NCBI RefSeq assembly: GCF_006345805.1
Contig: NC_043007.1
Span: 20,336,001-20,400,000, forward strand
DNA: 64,000 nt
Source of the DNA: Octopus sinensis
Taxonomy: Eukaryota
Direction of reading: 5' to 3'
A model generated the notes under the pieces. It had not been told where the DNA came from, made no database searches, and saw only the letters and a list, made by a program, of their open reading frames with translations. Shown here piece after piece: positions 1 through 11,396 of the stretch. Within the stretch, counting starts at the first letter, position 1. Each line of letters starts with the position of its first letter. Both the position numbers and the translations under genes were made by a program.

Positions 1-214
1 AGGGATCTAAACATAGAGGGACAAACAAGGACAGACAAACGGATTAAGTTGATTATATCGACCCCAGTGCATAACTGGTACTTAATTTATCGACCCCAAA
101 AATGATGAAAAGCAATATTGACCTTGGCGGAATTTGAACTCAGAACGTAATGGCAGATGAAATACCACTAAGCATTTTGCCCGGCATGCTAAAGTTTCCG
201 CCAGCTCACCGCCT
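1..214 (-). mobile_element. tRNA-derived SINE, family A (truncated by the window edge)
   Basis: Reverse complement begins GGCGGTGAGCTGGCGGAAACTTTAG (A box) and has GAGTTCAAATTCC (B box). More than 15 copies or units occur in the window. Confidence 0.85.
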
Positions 215-314
215 TCTTGCCACACAGCCATTCCTGCACCTTTATAATAAACTAAAAAAAATTGGGTTCTTTCTCAATCTGTGTTGTTTTAAATCTTATT
301 TCCTTCCGTTTCAG

Positions 315-503
315 ACTGCTATGATTTATATGTGAAAGGAAATTCCAAGAATGGTGTCCATAAAATAAAGCCTATTGCTGCATCGAAATCCCTAGATGTT
401 TTCTGTGATATGAAAAACGGTGGCTGGACTGTAATACAACGACGCCAAGGAGGAACGATAAGCTTTAAGCGAGATTGGAATAGCTACAAAAAAGGCTTTG
501 GAG
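315..503 (+). CDS. Fibrinogen-related domain (FReD) protein, penultimate exon (upstream exons lie outside the window)
   Basis: ttcag acceptor at 313-314. Reads (D)[19 protein letters not shown]...[36 protein letters not shown], the typical FReD start. Donor G|gtaat at 504; phase 1 at both ends. Confidence 0.9.
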
Positions 504-550
504 GTAATATTTTATTTTTAATTATATTCATTTTTCATCAACATTATCAC

Positions 551-777
551 TTAACCCTTTAGTGTTCAGATTATTCTATCAAACGTAATGCTTATTGATT
601 CCCATTGATTTGAATTAATCATGCATTATCTCATATCTTCAAGATCTTGATGGTGTAATTACTTAATGTAGAATAACATTGTAGGGTAGGTGTGAGAGCC
701 TGGATCTGGTCGGTTTGAACATAAAACAGATTAAATATTTTGGCCGGATACGGCCGGTTTAAATACTAAAGGGTTAA
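551..777. mobile_element. piggyBac-type MITE, family 1
   Basis: TTAA|CCCTTTAG...CTAAAGGG|TTAA. Related copies at 42719..42947, 45262..45490 and 61823..62051. Confidence 0.85.
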
Positions 778-1311
778 TGCCCATTTTTCCATGCTTGCCT
801 GAATCTATTAGAGATAGACCTTCCTGTTGCCAACCGTTACTTGTTTCCAAGTAAGATGCCATTTCTACATGGCTGGATTTGTTTTTGCTGGGTATTAAAA
901 ATGATACGATCCTGCTGGTATGACAGCTACCCTTATTAGCAAATATCACATGATGTCAAGGTAAGGAAACACAAACACACACACTCACCACACACACATA
1001 TGCCAGGCTTCTTTCAGTTTCCATCAACCAAATCTACATGCAAGTTTTTGGTCGACCTGATCTACATTAGAAGTCACTTGCCCCAGGTGCCACATAGTGG
1101 AACTGAACCCAGAATCATGTGGTTGGGAAGCCATCTTCTTTATTTCATTATATTTGCCATAAAGGCAGTACATAGAGTAAAATAGCTTTGCGGGCTGGAC
1201 AAGGACATGAAATGAATGATAATGAAAGAAAGATGATAAGGATGGGAGAAGACAGAAAGCGCCCACCAACTTCTTCTTCTCTAAAACATTGTTCTTTAAA
1301 ACCAAACACAA

Positions 1312-1819
1312 AACGGGGTATTAAACCTCTTACAACTTTACCATATTCTGAACGCCTTACTTCCCTGGGCATGGACACATTGAAACTCCGACGCCTGGCA
1401 GCTGACTTGGCAGACACCCATAAAATTATCAACCATCTTACTAACAATAACTCTGAGCACTTTTTCAAACTCCACCCATCTAACACCCATGGACATGTTT
1501 ACAAAGTCAGAAAACAGCACAGCTCCCATGGCTTTCGGAAACATTTTTTCACGCTGAGAGTTGCTGAAGCATGGAACAAACTGCCGGCATCAGTTGTTAG
1601 TTGTCGGAGCACTGCATCCTTCAAAACTTCCATGCTTCCTGAGATTCGCCAACACTACACCTGATTTTCTCCCCTCCATACACACGCAAGCATGTATCTG
1701 ACTCATACACTGTTCACTTCCCAGACATTTGTACATTACTGCATATGCTTTATACGCACTTTTGACAAGTTGTGGTGCACCTGAGCACTGTGTACAATAA
1801 TTTCATTATTATTATTATT
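1312..1819 (+). mobile_element. CR1-group LINE 3' fragment with (ATT)n tail
   Basis: LPYSERLTSLGMDTLKLRRLAADL...[21 protein letters not shown]...SFK followed by a conserved 3' UTR. Other copies at 20131..20383, 37010..37224 and 43357..43659. Confidence 0.85.
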
Positions 1820-2193
1820 TTACAACTTTTCAATTTTTGGACTTAACAGTCCATTACAAACAACATAGTTCAATAATTACATATAATATATATAAATACA
1901 ATACACAAAGCCCCTCCTCCCATACCAGGTTGTACGCTTCCCTTAGGCAATGCTCCAGCTCCAGGTCGGGGACCCAGAAGGTGTATCTAACCATGTCCTT
2001 TGAGAAGGTGTTCATCACCCTGACCATAGCGACATCCGATATGACCTTCGTGGTCACCTGAGTCGTTCAAATGATTGTTTGTGGGATGGACCTAATAAAA
2101 TTAGCGAGAGTACATTCTGTATTTCATATTTCAATCCGATGTCACTATTTCTGCTTGGATAGGATTAGAAAATGTTATATCTTGATAAACTTC

Positions 2194-2829
2194 GGATCTT
2201 TTCCTTTTGAACGGCAGACAATTTCTAGTTAACTAAACACTTTAAAACTTCGTATACTGGTAGAATGTGTCAAAATAAAACATTTTTTTCTCTTGGCTTT
2301 CTTGAGAAAATTGTAATTTGTTTGTTTAACGTAGTTTAATTTTTCGAATTTTAACCAATCCTATGCTCTCTTTTGAGCTAAAATCATTTGCTGCATCTAA
2401 AACTGAGACAACATCCTGTAACTAACCCTAACCCTAACCCTAAAATTTTTTTTTTCTTAATTGTTAAATTAATTTAATTGTTACACGTGTAAAAAAAACT
2501 AAAGCAATGGAATTAAATTAATTTAACAATTAAGAAAAAAAAATTTAGGGTTAGGGTTAGGGTTAGGGGGAGGTTTAAGTTTAGTTACAGGATGTTGTCT
2601 CAGTTTTAGACGCAGCAAATGATTTTAGTTGAATGGAGGTAATCGATTGGTTAAAATTGCCGAAATGCTCGGATTTTCAGACGAAATATCTTACAAACTA
2701 TAGAATTTTCTCAATAAAACCAAGAGAAAATGATGTTTTATAAACACATTCTACCAGTATATGAAGTTTAAAAGTGTTTAGTTAACTAGAAATTGTGTTG
2801 ACATCTGCCGCTCAAAAGGAAAAGATCCT
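2194..2829. mobile_element. Foldback non-autonomous DNA transposon (long TIRs, GG...CC ends, 8-bp TSD; Merlin- or hAT-like)
   Basis: Ends GGATCTTTTCCTTTTGAACGGCAGA / TCTGCCGCTCAAAAGGAAAAAGATCC. Flanking direct repeat TAAACTTC at 2186-2193 and 2830-2837. Arms are ~290 bp. Confidence 0.85.
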
Positions 2830-3499
2830 AAACTTCCAATACATATTTTGGATATTTTCTGAACAACTTGCCATATTAACACTTGATATTTCACATTTAA
2901 ATCTGATGTGAGTATTCATTCTTGGATACGGATTGAAAAATATTATATGCTGATAACTTACATTACCTATTTTTGATATACTTAGAGCAACTCGACTTAA
3001 CAACACTGGATATTTCTATTTTAAATCAGATATGAGCAATTATACTTGGATAGAGATTAAAAAATATTGTATGCTGATAACTAACATTACATACTACCTG
3101 GCAAAGGGAGTGGGGGCAACGCCTCCTCCTCCAGGAGGGGGTGGGGCTGTGGACCTCTTCTATACCCTTATCAATTATACCACCGGGTAAAGGGCAGGGG
3201 CTCCAGAAACCTCTCCCATACCCTTCCAACTCCCCCCCTCCCAAGTATTCCCCTTAACCCTCCTATTACTCACCTTCCATAAAGGTCTTAAGGTTGTACA
3301 TGTACATATTATACATTGGAAAGGGTTAGAGGCAATGTCATGCACCCTACACAAGCCAAACTAACTTAATTTCTCTTGCAAGAAGAGAAGGTGGCATTTT
3401 CTCTCTTTCTCAATATTTAATTATAAGAAATAATATGTTACCAAAACCATTAAAACTTGACTAACTTGATCGATCTGTCACCGAAACAGGATATTAACT

Positions 3500-4200
3500 T
3501 CATTTGATACACTCTTTGCTATCATTTATATGAAGAATTGCAGTGGCAACACTAGCTACCCTGTGGTGAGATGGTATCAACTGTCAATGATCTCAAAATG
3601 CATGTGTTTCCAAACATTGCACAAAACTTTAGCAACAGTCAATGGCTATGTGAGTGAGCCATCTTAGCTCTGCATAATGATGCTTGTTGACAAAATCAAT
3701 TGGGACCTCTTGCAGCTGTTGCCAGGACAAGAACAGTCTTTCAAATCGATTGACACTCGTTGATCAGGACCAAGCTATAGTTTTTCCAACTGAGTTCCTG
3801 AACTCTCTGCAGCCATCAGGGATGCCACTTCATAACTTAACACTTAAAAAGGGGGCCCCAATCATGCTGCACAGGAATCTGGATCTACATCGCCTGTGCA
3901 ATGGCACCAGACTGCTGGTGAAAGTGATGAAACCCCATGTACTAGAGGCAGCAATTATCACTAGGAAATACAAGGGTGAGGATGTCCTTATTCCACGGTT
4001 CCCATTAATCCGATCAGACCTCCTCTTTGAATTTAAACAGCTCCAGTTCCCAGTGAATCTAAGTTTTGCTATGTCAATATACAAATCTCAAAGTCGTTGG
4101 ACTTAACCTTGCTTCTTGCTTCTCCCATGGGCAATTATATGTAGGATGTTTATGAGTTGGAAGTCCCAAAACTCTTTTTATTTGTACCCCAATCAAAGGA
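3500..4200 (+). mobile_element. Degenerate Helitron RepHel fragment (PIF1 helicase C-terminus)
   Basis: FPTEFLNSLQPSGMPLHNLTLKKGAPIMLHRNL...LCNGTRL...FPVNLSFAMSIYKSQ, then frameshifted FSHGQLYV. Contains stops and frameshifts. Confidence 0.85.
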
Positions 4201-4214
4201 CACACTGAAAATAG

Positions 4215-4243
4215 ATGTATGTATGTATGTATGTATGTATGTA

Positions 4244-4284
<41 letters not shown>

Positions 4285-4349
4285 GTGTATGTATGTATGT
4301 ATGTGTGTATGTGTGTATGTATGTATGTATGTATGTATGTATGTATGTA

Positions 4350-4388
<39 letters not shown>

Positions 4389-5200
4389 GTGTATGTATGT
4401 ATGTATGTGTGTATGTGTGTATGTATGTATGTATGTATGTATGTATGTATGTATGTATATGTGTGTGTGTGTATGTGTGTATGTATGTGTGTATGTATGT
4501 GTATGTATGTGTGTATGTATGTATGTATGTATGTATGTATGTATGTGTGTATGTATGTATGTATGTATGTATGTATGTGTGTATGTATGTATGTATGTAT
4601 GTATGCATGTGTGTATGTATGTATGTATGTATGTGTGTGTGTATGTATGTATGTATGTGTGTATGTATGTATGTATGTATGTATGTATGTATGTATGTGG
4701 TATGTATGTATGTATGTATGTATGTATGTATGTGTGTATGTGTGTATGTATGTATGTATGTATGTATGCATGTATGTATGTATGTATGTATGTGTGTATG
4801 TATGTATGTATGTATGTGTGTATGTATGTATGTATGTATGTATGTATGTATGTATGTATGTGTGTATGTATGTATGTATGTATGTGTGTATGTATGTATG
4901 TATGTATGTGTGTATGTATGTATGTATGTATGTATGTGTGTATGTATGTATGTATGTATGTGTGTATGTATGTATGTATGTGGTATGTATGTATGTATGT
5001 ATGTATGTGTGTATGTATGTATGTATGTATGTGTGTATGTATGTATGTATGTATGTATGTATGTATGTATGTGTGTATGTATGTATGTATGTATGTGTGT
5101 ATGTATGTATGTATGTATGTGTGTATGTATGTATGTATGTATGTGTGTATGTATGTATGTAATGTATTTATACACACACATACACACATGCATGTGTGTG
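4215..5200. repeat. ~1 kb compound (TATG)n/(TG)n microsatellite
   Basis: Read directly; source of the spurious CMYV/HTYI ORFs. Confidence 0.98.
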
Positions 5201-5984
5201 CACCATGTATTTATGTACAATAGAATAAAGGTACAAAAATGCAAACAACTGGTACCAGATTAGATTATGACAACATTTATATTTTTCTCGTAAAAAGCAG
5301 GGTGACATGTAAAAAGCACCCACTACACTCGCGGAGTGGTTGGCGTTAGGAAGGGCATCCAGCCGTAGAAACATTGCCAGATCAGACTGGGCCTGATGCA
5401 GCCTTCTGGCTTCACAGACCCCAGTTGAACTGTCCAACCCATGCTAGCATGGAAAGCGAACACTAAACGATGATGATGATGATGATGATGATATAATCTG
5501 AAGGTAGAAATTTAGAAGTTCTACAAAGTTAAACTGTGATTGATTTCAGGATTTATTTTAATAATTTTGTTTATACTCACATCATCTGATAGAATTTTTC
5601 TGAAAATATATTGTTTATCAGAATAGATATATTTATTTCCTTTAACATTCTTTAAACTTCTGAACAACACCAGGTACTTAGGTTAGTGTACAATAAAATA
5701 CAATTACAAACAGACAGAACCCATGTCAGGTCGGATTATGACATTTATATATTTATACATTGCTATAACTTGAGGATAGAAATGAAAGTTACTGGAGTTT
5801 AGATCACAAAAGATGAATAAAACATCAGTTTAAGAATGTTCATAATGGTTGTGATGCATGCTGGTATTCTCCCCCAAACAGTTATGAGCTAAGTCTGTAT
5901 TATATGATATGAGATAATAGGTTAAGGCAGGTCATTGTAATTAGAATCCAAAAGCTGGATGAGAATAATGAAAATGTGCAGCCA

Positions 5985-6192
5985 CTAAAAAATCAATAGA
6001 AGTGACTTTTTTGTGAATTTTCTATCCAAAACCCAATCAAAATGCCCGAAACTTGATACGCCAATTGAATGCCAGCTAGCTGTTTGTGATTGGTCGGAGA
6101 TTTGGACAGTACTCGCATGTATGTGTGCACGCACGCAGCTGTATATGCATGCACTAGCACTATGACCCGGCGTTGCCAGGTCATAGTGCTAG
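5985..6192 (+). mobile_element. Non-autonomous Helitron-like 3' end
   Basis: Near-identical to 54580..54756. Ends in a hairpin plus CTAG|T. Confidence 0.7.
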
Positions 6193-6244
6193 TTTATATA
6201 TATTTCCTGATATCAAACAACTAATTGCTTCTTTTACTTGATAG

Positions 6245-6723
6245 GTATTTATGGAGAACACTGGCTTGGTAATGACAACATTCACTGGTTGACGAACCAA
6301 GGACATTACAGTTTACGTGTGGATTTGACGGACTGGGAAAAGAATAAAGTAACAGCCATTTATGAATATTTTATGATAGATGATGAGAAAAATGGCTACC
6401 GTTTACATGTTGATGGCTTCAGTGGTGATAGCGGGGATTCCTTGAGCAAGCATAATCTGAACAAATTTTCAACAAAAGATGTCGATAATGACTTAGTCAC
6501 GAAACAGTTTGGTGGAAGCTGTGCAAAACGCTTCAGTGGTGCCTGGTGGTATTACAAGTGTTACGCATCAAATCTGAATGGAGTTTTCTATCGTGATGGC
6601 TCAGTAGCAGACAAAAAGTTTGATGGAATTGCTTGGAAATCTTGGAAAAAAGCAAATTATTCACTAATGAAAGTAGAAATGAAGATAAAACCAAAAACAA
6701 AGATAAAGGATTCAAATAAATAA
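6245..6723 (+). CDS. FReD protein, terminal exon
   Basis: atag acceptor at 6243-6244, phase matches exon 315..503. GEHWLGNDNIHWLT...FSTKDVDND...CAKRFSGAWWYYKCYASNLNG is the FReD C-terminal signature. Stop TAA at 6721-6723. Confidence 0.93.
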
Positions 6724-6868
6724 CTATGGCGATTTGGATAAAATTTCTGTAAAAAAAAAAAAAAGAATCCTATTTTAGTATATTGCATTTCGTTTGTCAC
6801 AGCCATTCCATATTTTGTAACATAACTATATCCCCTAATCACATCCATGTTATATATATATATATATA

Positions 6869-7085
6869 GGGAGAGTTTATGAAAAAAAACAAGACGAAGA
6901 CAGGTGGTGTACAAAACAAACAGATGTATTAGTATAACGCTCAGGAATAGAAAAAGTCTTTTATGTTTCGAGCCTATGCTCTTCTACAGAAAGGGACACA
7001 GAAAAAACAAGGAGAGAGAAAAAAAAAGGAGAGAAAAAAAAAGGAGAGAAAAAAGATGTGTGTAGTGGCTAACGATCTATCATGC
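6869..7085 (-). mobile_element. Penelope-like (pLTR-type) repeat carrying a variant hammerhead-like motif
   Basis: Reverse complement contains CTGTAGA-A-GAGC-ATAG-GCTC-GAAAC. Copies at 31545..31735 (+) and 51760..51910 (-). Confidence 0.55.
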
Positions 7086-7351
7086 TACTAAGCCATCACG
7101 ATATATATATAACTGCATATCCCAATCAAAATAATCATTTTAAAGGAATTGAACTGAACAAATGAAATAATCAATGTTTCATAGAATATTTTTGCTGTTG
7201 ATGTAAACAATGAAACATAAATGTTCCTTTATATTTGTACATAATTTTTTCATGAAACTGGTTCTAATAATATTGTATATAATTTCAAGGAAACTGAAAA
7301 GAACTAAAAATATATGATGCATCACTTATTTGGCTATCATTAAAAATATCT

Positions 7352-7578
7352 TTAACCCTTTCGTTACTGTATTTATTTTGAGATGCTCTGTGTTTCTTTC
7401 AATTATTTTAAATATAACAAAGAATTTAGTAAAATAACTTAGTTATCATTCAGTTAGTGTTAGGAACGTAAATTTTGACTAAGGATTGATGGAAGATTTT
7501 AATTGACTAAGGATTGATGGAAGATTTTACCACAGAGCAAAGAGCCGGTTTTGGCTGGGTTAGTAACAAAAGGGTTAA
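7352..7578. mobile_element. piggyBac-type MITE, family 2
   Basis: TTAA|CCCTTTCGTTAC...GTAACAAAAGGG|TTAA. Copies at 13465..13687, 13742..13965 and 63518..63928 (the last has an internal tandem duplication). Confidence 0.85.
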
Positions 7579-8183
7579 CCGTTTTTATTGTTTCTTACAA
7601 TATGTCACACTATTTCTTGTAAATTGACATAGACGTTGTGAGTTGTGAGTCTATGATTTGAAACAATTTTTCTGTCATTAAATATTTCAAATAAATTCTA
7701 AATTAAGTTGATATATTAGGTTGTCTGGAAAGTTCTGGGCATTTTTTTTTGATACGCTAAAAGGGATATAAATAATTGACGTCGGAACCTTAGGCATCCT
7801 TTAAATCAAAACAATGAAATCAAAATAATTTTTAATACAAAACTTTTTTTTTTAAAGAAATTTTATTATATACAATATAATTTACAGCAGAACAAAATAC
7901 TTTATTTCCTCAGGTTAAAAAGAAATTTAAGACTTACATAACTATTGAGAAAGATATCGTAAATTTTGCAAAAATAATTTACTTGATTAAGGAATGTTAT
8001 TTTAGAATAGAAATCAGCTTGAACATTTCACTGTAAAATTCTTTGTTAGTTTACCTCGGCTAAAATTTGGCAGTGATAGCATGTTCGTCACTAAGATAAA
8101 AGTCCTTTATTATTGAAGAGTTAATGAATTTCATAATTATTAAAACATGTATGATAGAAACTAAACACAAGAATTTTATATAA

Positions 8184-8410
8184 GTGGAGAAGGCTAACCA
8201 CTGGATTTGGTTAAAAAGAGATGGTGAGCGATGGCTAGGAGAATATTGAGCTTTATTTGATAACCAGCTGATCCAGCAAGAGGTAGGCCCCGAAACGGCG
8301 CGCATTCTCTCCTGATGACCCCATACAATTGCTGGCTTCTGGTATGCGGAGTTTTTGACTGGTAGCACTTGCATGTGCAAGTTGTTTGCAAGACAATATG
8401 GATGACCATA
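8184..8410 (+). mobile_element. HERO-like RLE non-LTR retrotransposon 3' end (internally deleted)
   Basis: [19 protein letters not shown] plus a 3' UTR shared with 9722..10255. Confidence 0.7.
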
Positions 8411-8594
8411 ATAATCAATGGTATGGTAGGAATCAGAATCTAAAACATATCATAAATAAATTAGTGATCCTTATACATACATAAAGGGTGTATATATTGA
8501 AAGCTGTACTAAACTGTAGTGTTTGTCTTGAGAAAGATTTTCTTATAGACTTATAGTGTTAAAACAATACAGAAAAATGTCAGCAAAAGGCAAA

Positions 8595-8832
8595 GGTCAC
8601 CTATCGTTAATAGTGGAATTGCTGGGTCCTGATTTCTGCTTGCTAACGTCTTCAGCAACAAATATCTGACATCTTATGCCGAGCAAACATCAGCTGCAAG
8701 TTGATACAGTTAAACAATGACTGAAAGGCCACCGGTGTTACATTTAACCAGTAAACTAAACAGAAATGAGCTCAAGAAGCTAATAAGCCGAAATCTGGAC
8801 CCAGCAATTCCACCAATTAGTACTGGGTGACC
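8595..8832. mobile_element. MITE-like element with ~40-bp terminal inverted repeats
   Basis: GGTCACC...AGTGGAATTGCTGGGTCCTGATTTC / GAAATCTGGACCCAGCAATTCCACCAATTAGTACTGGGTGACC. No TSD found. Confidence 0.55.
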
Positions 8833-8933
8833 ATTACCTGCAGCATATATTCTTCTATATTTTAACACTATATGCCAATAAGAGATGTTTTCTCAAGCCA
8901 AATGCTGCAGTTTAGAAAGCTTTTCAATTTCTT

Positions 8934-9320
8934 GCCAGCCTCGGCTGGCCCACGTAAAATGCACCATCTGATCGTGGCCGTTGCCAGCCTCACCTGGCCT
9001 CCGTGCCGGCGGCACGTAAAAAGCACCATCCGATCATGCCCGTTGCCAGCCTCGCCTGGCCTCCGTGCCGGCGGCACATAAAAAGCACCATCCGACCGTG
9101 GCCGTTTGCCAGCCTCGTCTGGCACCTGTGCCGGTGGCACGTAAAAAGCACCCACTACACTCACGGAGTGGTTGACGTTAGGAAGGGCATTCAGCTGTAG
9201 AAACACTGCCAGATCAGACTGGGCCTGGTGCAGCCTTCTGGCTTCCCAGACCCCGGTCGAACCGTCCAACCCATGCTAGCATGGAAAGCGGACGCTAAAT
9301 GATGATGATGATGATGATGA
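8934..9320 (+). mobile_element. Abundant (GAT)n-tailed retroposon, family E, with internal ~62-bp tandem modules
   Basis: GTGCCGGTGGCACGTAAAAAGCACC...GGAAGGGCATCCAGCTGTAGAAAC...CCATGCTAGCATGGAAA...(GAT)n. Other copies include 5300..5491, 11745..12130, 25530..25940, 41853..42110(-), 53755..54127, 56398..56628, 58540..58800 and 60205..60577. Confidence 0.8.
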
Positions 9321-9721
9321 AGTATAAAGATTGCTAATTTTGAACTTGTAGTGTGATGGAGGAAAAAGGACAACAAGAAGCAGACGGGAGAAAGAGATAC
9401 AAAAGGCCTTACCTGTTGACCTCGGCGGAATCAGCGGTCACTCTCACGAATTAAACACATCTTGTCTCTCTGCTCAAACTGACCACCCATGCTTCCTGCC
9501 CACGCATGCCCTGTGTCTGTCTCACCGGCCCCTGCAGTCCCTACTTCCATCCACCTCATCTGCAATCCCCTCCACCAACACCACATAGCTCCATCACAGC
9601 CCTTAACACCACAGAACAAATATTGCTTCCATCAATAATAATGAACGATATTAATTAATTATGTAGAGTTATGTACAGACACGAAAATACAATATACTGC
9701 ACAAGTTATCCCAAGAGAAGA

Positions 9722-10255
9722 AATGCTCCTAACAGATGAACTGGGTGAAAACCCATCACAAGGTCATTCATGGACACTGTTCATGGTCCAGTGGTCATCC
9801 AATATTGTCTTGCAAACAACTTGCACATGCAAGTGCTACCAGTCAAAAGCTCCATATACCGGAAGCCAGCAAGTGTATGGGGTCATCAGGAGAGAATGCA
9901 CGCCGTTTCGGGGTCTACCTCTAGACGGCATCAATGCACACCGACCCCACTCACTGATATGAGGCCCCCGCTTGCTAGATCAGCTGGTTATCAAATAAAG
10001 CTCAATATTCTCCTAGCCATCGCTCATCGTCTCTTTTTAACCAAATCCAGTGGCTAACCTTCACTGTAGATTGGATATCGGTCATGGTGGTATTGACTTT
10101 ACAATGAGTTAGGCCTGACAATAACAACAGTCGTCTCACAATGTGTCCAATGAACCCTCTACATCCAACTTCGATTGGAAAATGTTCTGCTTTCCAGCCT
10201 GTCTGTAAGGAGAAATTTTTCTCTTTAGACAACTTGTGTAGCATATTGTCTTGCC
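9722..10255 (-). mobile_element. HERO-like RLE non-LTR retrotransposon 3' end
   Basis: [18 protein letters not shown]...[17 protein letters not shown] followed by a long 3' UTR. Confidence 0.75.
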
Positions 10256-10794
10256 ATATTCAAATGAACAGGAGCATGTAAAATATTTCTGTACATAACT
10301 ATATTTCATTTAAAGCTGTTTAGTGCATGTCTGATTATACGTAATGACACTTATTTATGGCTGAGATGTATTGAAAAGACAAGACTTATTTAGTTTGAAA
10401 TAATGGTTTAATGTACAATGTTGACTGAACATTTTGAGGATCCAAATCTGAGTTCTGTTAGGATTGAACTTGTAATGGTTCTGCAAGAAAGAAATGAAGG
10501 AATAGAACAGAATTACTGACAATTGAAAGCGATATTGAATGAAGAATATAAAGACAGATATAGAGAAGAAAGCAAAAATAAAAGAATAAAGCCAGGCAAA
10601 AAAATTATATAAAAGAAGGCATGAAATTGCAAGAAGGTGAAAACTATACAGACAAGAAAACATTAGTTAAGAAAGTGATGGAAATCTCTTAAAAGCTATT
10701 AAAGATGGGAAAAAGAACATTAACTGATCCTCAAAGAGTCATGTATCCATCCATTCCCAAATACGACCAACAAAGACAATGGATATTATCCAAC

Positions 10795-11396
10795 CTATTT
10801 CTTTACTACCCACAAGGGGCTAAACACAGAGGGGACAAACAAGGACAGACAAACGGATTAAGTCGATTATATCGACCCCAGTGCGTAACTGGTACTTATT
10901 TAATCAACCCCAAAAGGATGAAAGGTAAAGTCGACCTCGGTGGAATTTGAACTCAGAACGTAACGGCAGACAAAATACCTATTTCTTTACTACCTACCAG
11001 GGGCTAAACACAGAGGGGACAAACAAGGACAGACAAACGGATTAAGTCAATTATATCGACTCTAGTGCATAACTGGTACTTAATTTATCGACCCCAAAAG
11101 GATGAAAGGTAAAGTCGACCTCGGTGCAATTTGAACTCAGAACGTAATGGCAGACGAAAAACCTATTTCTTTACTACCCACAAGGGGCTAAATACAGAGG
11201 GGACAAACAAGGAGAGACAAACGGATTAAGTCGATTATATCGACCCCAGTGCGTAACTGGTACTTATTTAATCGACCTCGAAAGGATGAAAGGCAAAGTT
11301 GACCTCGGCAGAATTTGAACTCAGAACATAACAGCAGACGAAATACGGCTACGCATTTCGCCCGGCGTGCTAACGTTTCTGCCAGCTCACCGCCTT
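10795..11396 (-). mobile_element. Family A SINE trimer (three ~183-bp units, one complete tRNA head)
   Basis: Units start at ~10795, 10978 and 11162 and share the same tail-to-head junction. Confidence 0.85.

Noticed and set aside
2426-2570. Telomere or chromosome-fusion site (CCCTAA...TTAGGG)
   Set aside because: Only 3-4 repeats per arm, inside a TSD-flanked transposon.
4074-5263. Six long ORFs of 192-371 aa (CMYV/HTYI repeats)
   Set aside because: Translations of the (TATG)/(TG) microsatellite, which lacks stop codons.
8934-9170. CRISPR-like array of palindromic repeats
   Set aside because: Units are contiguous with no unique spacers, there are no cas genes, and it is part of a dispersed eukaryotic retroposon.
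10795-11396. Satellite or CRISPR array of 183-bp units
   Set aside because: Explained as a SINE A multimer.
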